Assembly: GCA_036339875.1 (NCBI GenBank)
Contig: JAYZAC010000068.1
Coordinates: 1 to 10,483 of the forward strand
Source of the DNA: a bacterium
GTDB taxonomy: Bacteria; Muiribacteriota; UBA6191
Direction of reading: 5' to 3'
DNA length: 10,483 bases
Below the pieces are notes generated by a model. It did no database searches. It was not told the origin of the DNA and saw only the letters and a program-made list of their open reading frames with translations. Within the stretch, counting starts at the first letter, position 1; the number at the start of each line of letters is the position of its first letter. Below, one piece after another: positions 1-6,864 of the stretch. Position numbers and translations under genes: made by a program.

Positions 1-966
1 ATAAACCCATCCTACCGTAGCACGATAATTAATCTTGTACCAATTCTTGTGACGACCCAGTATTTCGAATCGTTGACGATTTCGAAGAATTCCAATAACG
101 GGGTTATTTGTTCCTGGACCTGATCGCAAATTTAAAGCTGATTGAATGTTGGTCACTTCACCCATTTGAATTTCTTGTCTAACTGCATTTGCATAGGTAT
201 CAGGAACAGCAATATGAATCCAACTAGCGCTCTTATTTAGAAACATAAACTTGTCTCCACGCTTAGCAACGTACATTTCTCGATAACTAGTAGATGGGCC
301 TTTTCGAACTCTAGCATAAGCTGAGGTAACTACTACTACTCCGTCATTAACTTGTACAAGGCTGCCATGAATATAGGCTTGAATTTCTGTAGGCATTGGC
401 CCTATTTGGACTCTTCTCCAGGGCTCATATGAAACTACGTGTTTAAACTTTTCTCCATTCTCAAATTGTCGTAATTTCAGGCTGATATCAGATGGGAAAG
501 CATACAGATAAGCTTTACGAGTCATCCTCACTTGATTATCTTCGAGTTTACAATCATCAAAGTGACAATAACCTTTCTGAACCACTAGATGCTTAGGTAC
601 CAAGACTTGTGTCCATCGATTATAATCACTGACTTTGCGAAACTCTGCACCGAAATGAACGGTTACGAGTCGTCTCGAGTCAGTACTTGGACCTTGCCTA
701 ACATTAGCTTCAGCTGCTGTAACTTTAAAATTATCTTCTCGATTTTCGCCCAGCGAAGAGTGAATGTAGAGTTTCATGAATTCAGAAGAAGAATCATCGG
801 TCGTACCGATATAGAAACCTGAATTCTTGGGACCTCCACCTTGTTTGTCTAAAATAGTTACGACGCTAGTGCTCTTTGAAATGTCATCTAGAGTTGGATT
901 GGACCACACATTGGTTTGGATCCATAGTGTCGAGAGAGTCATTATAAATAATTTTAGTATATTCAT
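1..966 (-). CDS. Secreted multi-SH3b (bacterial SH3) domain protein, 3' end truncated by the window edge; probable cell-wall-binding protein
   Basis: Manual translation: ATG at 966 opens a stop-free frame of 322 codons to base 1. N-terminus MNILKLFIMTLSTLWIQTNVWS is signal-peptide-like, with AAGGG upstream as a possible RBS. SH3b motifs: VTAAEANVRQGPSTDSRRL, VTSAYARVRKGPSTSYRE and the canonical GEVTNIQSALNLRSGPGTNNPVIGILRNRQRFEILGRHKNWYKINYRATVGWVY (162..1). Confidence 0.88.
   Translation of the reverse strand, partial: MNILKLFIMTLSTLWIQTNVWSNPTLDDISKSTSVVTILDKQGGGPKNSGFYIGTTDDSSSEFMKLYIHSSLGENREDNFKVTAAEANVRQGPSTDSRRLVTVHFGAEFRKVSDYNRWTQVLVPKHLVVQKGYCHFDDCKLEDNQVRMTRKAYLYAFPSDISLKLRQFENGEKFKHVVSYEPWRRVQIGPMPTEIQAYIHGSLVQVNDGVVVVTSAYARVRKGPSTSYREMYVAKRGDKFMFLNKSASWIHIAVPDTYANAVRQEIQMGEVTNIQSALNLRSGPGTNNPVIGILRNRQRFEILGRHKNWYKINYRATVGWVY
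202..771 (-). repeat. Three tandem 59-aa SH3b-like protein repeats (771-595, 573-397, 378-202)
   Basis: Each unit begins xY[IC]H and ends W...P. Units 1 and 3 align without gaps at 21/59 identities (hand count). Unit 2 is more diverged. Confidence 0.75.
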
Positions 967-1079
967 AGTTTAAGCCCTTGTAAGGGTACTCTGGTCTTTA
1001 AGACCTTCAATGAGACTACGTAAAAATGTTTCAAAAGATTCAAAGGAACTGAAACAGAATTTGGCTTAGGCATGGGATA

Positions 1080-1463
1080 TTAATTATCTATGTCCGAAAT
1101 TTTCATTCCGAAAGGTGCAATACTTAAGCGCACCAACTTCATATGCTGTATTGCAAATGGTAGTCCTATCACGGTTATACCGCATACGAAAGCGAAGAAT
1201 AGATGAGTAAGGGCAATCCAGATACCAGCCATTAGAAGCCATATTATATTCAGCATGAAATAAAGAGTTGAAGAGTGCTCTGGTAAGGGGCTTACCTCTC
1301 TTCCAAAGGGGATCAGAGTGAAGATACCAATTTTAATATTTTGTAATCCAAAAGGAATCCCGATTATTGTGCAACAGAGTGCGACTCCTGAAGACAGATA
1401 ACCGATCGCTATTGGTAATCCTCCGCCTATTAGAATCCACAATATATTGCCTAGTAAACTCAT
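1080..1463 (-). CDS. yccF: YccF-domain inner membrane protein (two internal YccF repeats)
   Basis: LGNILWILIGGG...CCTIIGIPFGLQNIKIGIFTLIPFG and the second copy LNIIWLLMAGIWIAL...ITVIGLPFAIQHMKLVRLSIAPFG match the YccF repeat pattern. RBS AAGGA lies 6 nt upstream of the ATG. Confidence 0.92.
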   Translation of the reverse strand: MSLLGNILWILIGGGLPIAIGYLSSGVALCCTIIGIPFGLQNIKIGIFTLIPFGREVSPLPEHSSTLYFMLNIIWLLMAGIWIALTHLFFAFVCGITVIGLPFAIQHMKLVRLSIAPFGMKISDIDN

Positions 1464-1482
1464 TTCTGATCCTTTTTTCCAA

Positions 1483-1491
1483 TGCTATACT
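1483..1491 (+). promoter_or_regulatory. Putative extended -10 promoter (TGnTATACT) for the GT41 gene
   Basis: TGCTATACT ends 9 nt before ATG 1501. No convincing -35 element. Confidence 0.45.
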
Positions 1492-1500
1492 AGTCGGCCT

Positions 1501-3453
1501 ATGAATTCCAAAAAAAAGCAAAGTCAAAGTATGGTTTTACGAAAAAGGGCCATTGCTTGCTATGAAAATCGAGCATTTAACCAATGTGTAAATTTACTGC
1601 AAGATATTACAGACCCAACGGTAGACGATCTTAACCTTTTGGGTATTTCTTTAAAGAATATTGGTGAAAATTTAGAAGCTTTTAAGATTTTTGAAAAAGC
1701 TTCAGAAAAATATCCTAAAGATGCGGTGACAGCAAACAATTTATCGGTGCAGGCACTTGTTCTAAATCAATCTAATCGCGCTATTGAGGCTGCAGATTTA
1801 GCCTTAAGTTTGCAATCTGATTATCCTGAAGCTTTCTATAACAGAGGTAACGCTCTTTTGTCTTTGGGTGATTTAAATAAAGCATTAGACAGCTATGAAT
1901 TTGCGGTAGGTTTGCGTCCTAAATATTTGAAAGCATGGGTAAATTTAGGAGTTATTTACCAAAAATTGACTCAGTATGATCAGGCTCTAAATTGTTATAC
2001 AAAAGCTTTAGAAATTGATTCGAATTGTGATAAGACTCATCATAATTTAGCAAATCTCTACTATGAAAAAGGAGATTTGAAGAGCGCAGTTGAGCATTCA
2101 ATGACAGCAGCTAATATTCAACCCAACTGTTTAGAAAATATATCTACTTTATTTCATTTTATGCGTTGGGCGTGTCATTGGAATCAAATTGACGATGTGA
2201 ACAGAGTTCTAGAGCAGTTACTTGCGCAGAGTTTAGAATTAGATGTTTCCACTGAGGCCCCATTTTTTACTTTGTATCGTACGGCAGATATGGAGCTTGT
2301 ACGAAAAGTTTCTCAAATTGAATTAAAGTCCCTGAGTGACATTAAGCCTCTTGAGCCCAAAGTAATAAATTCACAAAAAATTGTTATAGGATATTTGAGT
2401 GGTGACTTTAATGACCATCCTGTTGCGCAGGCTATCGAGCCTGCTTTTCGTTTACATAATCGTGAAAATTTTGAAATCATAGCTTGTTCTTATGGTTCAA
2501 TTGACTCTTCCACATACTGTAAATCAATTAAATCTCATGCTGATAAATGGTTAGATTTAAGGGAGCTATCAGATTACGAAGCGGCTTTAAAGATTCAGGA
2601 GTCTGGAGTACATATATTAGTAGACCTTGCCGGACATACTCGTAATAATCGTATTGCAATTATGGCTTACAGGCCAGCTCCAGTACAATGCCTATATCTT
2701 GGTTACCCAGCAACCTCAGGTGCAGATTTTATTGATTATTATTTGGCGGATCGCGTAGTAGTACCCGAGGAACATACTTCACATTTTTCTGAAAAGGTAG
2801 AATATTTAGATTCTTATTATCATTTGGCTGACGAGAATCATCCTGTTGGTACACCTGTCAGTAGAGTTAGTCAGAAATTACCAAAGGATTCTTTTGTTTT
2901 TTGTTCTTTTATAGCCAGTTATAAACTTACTGAACAGTGGTTCGATTTATGGTTGGAAATACTCTTAAATTGTGATAAATCAATATTATGGCTAGGTATT
3001 GGAAACCCTTTTGCACAAAAGAATTTATTAGATCGAGCATCCCGAAAAGATCTAGCAGATCGTATCTTTTTTGCAGATAGAGTCCCCAGTAAGGCAGATC
3101 ATTTGGCGCGGCTCAAACTAGCAGATCTTGCATTGGATACTCCATTTTTTAATGGAATGACGACTACTCATGATTGCTTGTTAGCAGGTATTCCGGTTCT
3201 CACTAGGGAAGGCCGAAGTTTTCCTGAAATGGTATGTCCAGGATTGATGAAATATTTGGATCTTGAAGATCTAATAGCTAAGGATGATCAGGACTTCTTA
3301 AAAAAAGCATGTGATCTTTATGCAAATAAAGAAAATCTTAAAAGTCTACGGCTAAGATGTTCTAGTCTCCAAAAATCTCCCGTTCTACAAGCTTCCAGAG
3401 TTGTCAAAGATTTAGAGAAAGTATATTCACGTTTGGTGGTATCCACTGAATGA
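1501..3453 (+). CDS. TPR-containing O-GlcNAc transferase-like protein (GT41, OGT/SPINDLY family)
   Basis: Five clean 34-aa TPRs at 1621-2130, then GT41 motifs: CHW, IGYLSGDFNDHPV (catalytic-site His), ILVDLAGHT, RPAPVQCLYLGYPATSG, DYYLAD, FVFCSF..YKL, LADLALDTP..NG.TT, AGIPVLT. The track's TTG start at 1447 overlaps yccF, so ATG 1501 (or 1531) is more plausible. Confidence 0.9.
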   Translation: MNSKKKQSQSMVLRKRAIACYENRAFNQCVNLLQDITDPTVDDLNLLGISLKNIGENLEAFKIFEKASEKYPKDAVTANNLSVQALVLNQSNRAIEAADLALSLQSDYPEAFYNRGNALLSLGDLNKALDSYEFAVGLRPKYLKAWVNLGVIYQKLTQYDQALNCYTKALEIDSNCDKTHHNLANLYYEKGDLKSAVEHSMTAANIQPNCLENISTLFHFMRWACHWNQIDDVNRVLEQLLAQSLELDVSTEAPFFTLYRTADMELVRKVSQIELKSLSDIKPLEPKVINSQKIVIGYLSGDFNDHPVAQAIEPAFRLHNRENFEIIACSYGSIDSSTYCKSIKSHADKWLDLRELSDYEAALKIQESGVHILVDLAGHTRNNRIAIMAYRPAPVQCLYLGYPATSGADFIDYYLADRVVVPEEHTSHFSEKVEYLDSYYHLADENHPVGTPVSRVSQKLPKDSFVFCSFIASYKLTEQWFDLWLEILLNCDKSILWLGIGNPFAQKNLLDRASRKDLADRIFFADRVPSKADHLARLKLADLALDTPFFNGMTTTHDCLLAGIPVLTREGRSFPEMVCPGLMKYLDLEDLIAKDDQDFLKKACDLYANKENLKSLRLRCSSLQKSPVLQASRVVKDLEKVYSRLVVSTE

Positions 3454-3604
3454 TCTAGAATTAAATGTAGGTTTTGATCGTGAGGTATCTGAGATTATTC
3501 TCAAGGTTTTAGAGGATGAGATCCTTAATTCAAAACGGTTTGGAGTTCTTGAGCAAAAAATATTTTTTAAGCTAAAGCCCTTCTTAAATCTATCGGATTC
3601 AGTT

Positions 3605-4798
3605 GTGAATGCAACACTATCAAAACTGAAGAAGTGCGAAAGTCAGAATTTAAATTCACATACTAAGTCTCCTTTTGATCATTTTCGATTTTTTCAAAAA
3701 TTAGATACAAATCTAAAGCTGATTCAATTGGATTGTCCGCATGAACTAATGATTTTAAAAATCGCTATTTTGATGGAATGTCATGGTATTGGTGAATCCT
3801 CAATCGTTCAGCGTTATTTATTTCATTTAGGGGATCCTAATAAAACGATCGACTCGATGAAATTCGCAAGAGTGCTTGATTATTGCGATTCTCCGAATTT
3901 ACCTGAAGATGAAAAGAGTTTTCTGAATGAAATGGTATGTTCGGACTGGCTTGAAGAATATCAATTTTTTTGCAAATCTCAAGATTCTATTTCACTACAA
4001 ATGCGTTTACAGAAATCCTTAGGTTTGGGTTCAATTAAACGCTCTCTGATAGAAGGTTTTACAAATGATTATCAACTGAAACAGGGTCAGGTAAAGTACT
4101 TAAACAGTATTAAAATGATATTCCTTTTGATTCTGGCTTCTCTAAGTTTTGGAATGATCAATCATCTTTTGCAAATACTTGAATCTTTTAATTTATTTGT
4201 TTATGCCATCATGGCAACGGTTGCTTGGGTCGGATATTTATGTGCCACCGGATACCTACTAAGAGTTGCTTGGATACGATCTGGTTTTAGTAGCAAAGAT
4301 AATTTTATGACTGAAATGTTACGCACTTATAATCTCCGTTGGATCAGAGCTGATGAGCTAAGTAATGAACAGCGTTTTCGCTTCATGAATATTTATTTTG
4401 GAGAACGGATGCGTGAAAGATCTCAGTATGTGAAAGATAATATGAATTTTTTATTGAATAAAGCAGTTCGTAAAAATGGTTATGAGCAGTGGCTTGAAAT
4501 TATTAATTATGCTCGTTTTGGCTTTGTACTAGCGATCTATCGGGAATTGACAAGACATTCTGATCTTATTGAATCAGAAGCGGGTCAGCGCGCAGAAATT
4601 GTTAGATATACTAGAAATCTTGATGATAGAGCCCGAAAAATTTTGGAAAAAGCTAATTTAGTAGCTGGTAATCGTACGGATGAGTTTATAAACGTAGAAG
4701 ATATAGATATTACTACGGAAGAAAAAATTCATGACTTTCAGCAGCAAGTCCAACTTACGCTTGATTATTTGGAATCTCAAAAAGCACTAGATGAATAG
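3605..4798 (+). CDS. Hypothetical membrane protein (2 TM helices, helical C-terminus); true start probably upstream, possibly CTG 3446
   Basis: 397-aa ORF from GTG. Hydrophobic segments MIFLLILASLSFGMI and LFVYAIMATVAWVGYLCATGYLL. The frame is stop-free back to 3416. Follows the GT41 gene on the same strand. Confidence 0.75.
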   Translation: MNATLSKLKKCESQNLNSHTKSPFDHFRFFQKLDTNLKLIQLDCPHELMILKIAILMECHGIGESSIVQRYLFHLGDPNKTIDSMKFARVLDYCDSPNLPEDEKSFLNEMVCSDWLEEYQFFCKSQDSISLQMRLQKSLGLGSIKRSLIEGFTNDYQLKQGQVKYLNSIKMIFLLILASLSFGMINHLLQILESFNLFVYAIMATVAWVGYLCATGYLLRVAWIRSGFSSKDNFMTEMLRTYNLRWIRADELSNEQRFRFMNIYFGERMRERSQYVKDNMNFLLNKAVRKNGYEQWLEIINYARFGFVLAIYRELTRHSDLIESEAGQRAEIVRYTRNLDDRARKILEKANLVAGNRTDEFINVEDIDITTEEKIHDFQQQVQLTLDYLESQKALDE

Positions 4799-4812
4799 TA
4801 TTTATAAGTTAT

Positions 4813-5364
4813 TCAACGGGAATTTTGGATGGCTTGTAATAAATTATTTTCTTCAATTTGTGATTGAATGTAAACTGAGGAATAACTCGCCCGTAATAGA
4901 TGGTAAGGTTCAATTTGGACCCAGTATTTTAATTTAGTTTTACCATTGTAAAGATTGTTCCAGTAGGCTAATTGCTTTTGGCTAATATAACCGCTAGCAT
5001 CGCCGTAGTGCTTTATTAATGATCTTGCGACAGTTCGGCTTATGTTTCGAAAGTCTTGATCTAAAGATTTTGCTAAACCTGAGCGAAAATTACCCACTCG
5101 CATTCTGTATTCTATTTTGAAAAGGCCTAATTTGGAGTCGATGTAAAAGTCTACTTTAGCAGGTTGACCAAAGTAATGGGATTCACATCGATACCGGATT
5201 GGCTTTTTCTGAGCGGTACAATGCATATTATTGTTGTGACTAAATTGCTTTAATTCAGCTAAAGAATTTCCCCAGTTCAAGTCGCTGTAGGGTAATGCAA
5301 AAACTGAAGAAGTAGTTAAGATAGTAGCAAAAGTAATAAAGGGGACAACATAGGTACTAAACAT
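4813..5364 (-). CDS. Exported hypothetical protein
   Basis: 183 aa. Signal peptide-like MFSTYVVPFITFATILTTSSVFA; predicted mature N-terminus LPYSDLNWGNSLAEL. Starts 13 nt after the hydrolase stop, so probably co-transcribed with it. Confidence 0.75.
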   Translation of the reverse strand: MFSTYVVPFITFATILTTSSVFALPYSDLNWGNSLAELKQFSHNNNMHCTAQKKPIRYRCESHYFGQPAKVDFYIDSKLGLFKIEYRMRVGNFRSGLAKSLDQDFRNISRTVARSLIKHYGDASGYISQKQLAYWNNLYNGKTKLKYWVQIEPYHLLRASYSSVYIQSQIEENNLLQAIQNSR

Positions 5365-5377
5365 TAGTTCAATTGTC

Positions 5378-6733
5378 TTAAAAGATTCCGTATTTGAAGA
5401 TATCCCTGAATTCGCTCGATGGTAATTTTTCTGAACTATCTTCTTTCATCGAATCCATAGGCTTAAGAGGAATTTTAGTATCTCCATAGAATAACTGGAA
5501 AATTAGCTCACGATTGTACAAATAAGCTTTGTCAATGAAAGATGTGAACCAATCTAGGTGTCGAAATCCGTAATGGCCTCCATCCTTTAAGATCACAATA
5601 TTCTTAGCTTTGGGCCAAATACCAGGAGTGTTGAGAAAGTCATCGTCAGTAGTGAGGATATTTACACCCGGACTACCAGCTTGGGCTGCTCGATTGATCC
5701 AGTAAAAAATTTGACCTTTTTCAGATTTAAGAAGTTTTTTGACATCGGGAGCAAAGTTTTCAAAGTAGGTTCTAAACCGAAAATTTCTTTTCCATTCTCG
5801 GTATTTTGAGGAGATAACTCCCCAACCGCGATCCGGAATTTTGTTAGTTCCTGCAATTTTATCGTATACATTAACTGATCGAATAATTTCACGATGAAAT
5901 GCCACCATAGTGACAAGAATTTTTGAATCTCTCAAATGCTGATCTTCAAGATCATCAGGATGTTCCAAACCACAGAGCCCTTTATACTTTCTAATTAAAC
6001 TGGTGTAACTTAAATCAGCATATTCTGGGGCTACTTCATCGATCATTCCATCAAGAGCTATAATACTGTCATAGATGTTGAAGGGAACTGAATAAGTATT
6101 AGCACTCATATTAAATAAAGGATTCTGATGTTCTGCGTCTAAGGCCATCATGATAGCGGCTAGATAACCACCACTACTAACACCAGATAATCGTATTTTG
6201 CCATTATCTGCACCTAAATCTTTAATTTTTGCGATGATGTTTCGAACCCCGTCATAAAGAGTTGCAGCTTCCTCTTCCACATTACCAATTGGCTGCTTAG
6301 GTTTTCGATTAATAAATTCAGTTCCCCAAGGATTAGGTACAATTACTACGTGATAGCCACGACGCGTATGTTCCCACATCCAACGTTTTGCTTGGCTGGC
6401 TGAAAGATTGGTAAACGAGCCGGGTACGTAAACGAGAATAGGTGCTTTAATAGCAAAGCCGTGTTCGTTAGTCTGTAATGCAACTTTGGTTGGAAAACTA
6501 CCGGATTCGAGTTTAAGCGTTTGAGCATCCCAGTTATGAACTGGTACGCTCATGTTAGAGTAATTGGTCCCTAAAGTTCTACAGGCACCTCGTAGGCTCG
6601 ATAAGAAAGGGTCTTCATAGGGATGACTGTAAACCGAGGCATGTTTGTGGATAGCGTCAGACCACCTGGCAGAGTTGCCACAGGTCAATCCTATCAGCGA
6701 AAATAACAAGATTATTTGTAGAAAACTTTTCAT
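5378..6733 (-). CDS. Secreted alpha/beta-hydrolase fold protein (putative esterase/lipase)
   Basis: Signal peptide MKSFLQIILLFSLIGLTCGNSA. Oxyanion region ILVYVPGSF, strand RGYHVVIV, nucleophile elbow G-V-S-S-G-G (Ser at 6178-6176), acid TTDDDFL and His motif GGHYGF (His at 5575-5573), in the canonical Ser-Asp-His order. Confidence 0.8.
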   Translation of the reverse strand: MKSFLQIILLFSLIGLTCGNSARWSDAIHKHASVYSHPYEDPFLSSLRGACRTLGTNYSNMSVPVHNWDAQTLKLESGSFPTKVALQTNEHGFAIKAPILVYVPGSFTNLSASQAKRWMWEHTRRGYHVVIVPNPWGTEFINRKPKQPIGNVEEEAATLYDGVRNIIAKIKDLGADNGKIRLSGVSSGGYLAAIMMALDAEHQNPLFNMSANTYSVPFNIYDSIIALDGMIDEVAPEYADLSYTSLIRKYKGLCGLEHPDDLEDQHLRDSKILVTMVAFHREIIRSVNVYDKIAGTNKIPDRGWGVISSKYREWKRNFRFRTYFENFAPDVKKLLKSEKGQIFYWINRAAQAGSPGVNILTTDDDFLNTPGIWPKAKNIVILKDGGHYGFRHLDWFTSFIDKAYLYNRELIFQLFYGDTKIPLKPMDSMKEDSSEKLPSSEFRDIFKYGIF

Positions 6734-6757
6734 TAGATTTAAGCTAAATTTCGGTAA

Positions 6758-6785
6758 AGTATAAGACTCGGAAAGTAAGTGTCAA
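6758..6785 (-). promoter_or_regulatory. Sigma70-type promoter for the hydrolase and 183-aa genes
   Basis: Minus strand TTGACA (6785-6780), 16-nt spacer, TATACT (6763-6758), ending 24 nt upstream of ATG 6733. Confidence 0.7.
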
Positions 6786-6864
6786 GTTCTTAACCTTTAT
6801 GACTTAACAGATAGTTTTTAATTATAAATAATCGTTTCTAATATTAATGAAAAGGCTATTTTAT

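Noticed and set aside
589..822. 77-aa plus-strand ORF
   Set aside because: Antisense shadow of the well-supported SH3b gene.
1447..1500. TTG start of the GT41 ORF in the track
   Set aside because: Overlaps the yccF start head-to-head and spans the likely promoter; ATG 1501 or 1531 is more plausible.
1510..1517. A8 tract near the GT41 5' end as a phase-variation site
   Set aside because: Too short and expected in AT-rich Lys codons; irrelevant if ATG 1531 is the start.
1333..1527. 64-aa minus-strand ORF
   Set aside because: Overlaps yccF out of frame and the GT41 start; no recognisable features.
3490..3568. Short palindromes TGAGA-TTAT-TCTCA, AGGAT-GAG-ATCCT and AAAAAATATTTTTT as terminator or operator
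   Set aside because: Weak stems, no GC-rich hairpin with U-tract, and the region is probably coding.
5378..5395. C-terminal KYGIF of the hydrolase as an outer-membrane beta-signal
   Set aside because: No beta-barrel pattern precedes it and the spacing does not fit Y-x-F.
5662..6528. ORFs 5662..5916 and 6346..6528
   Set aside because: Out-of-frame ORFs nested in the hydrolase gene, with no protein-like signal.
6680..6733. Cys18 of the hydrolase as a lipoprotein lipobox
   Set aside because: G-L-T-C does not fit [LVI][ASTVI][GAS]C; a standard signal peptide is more likely.
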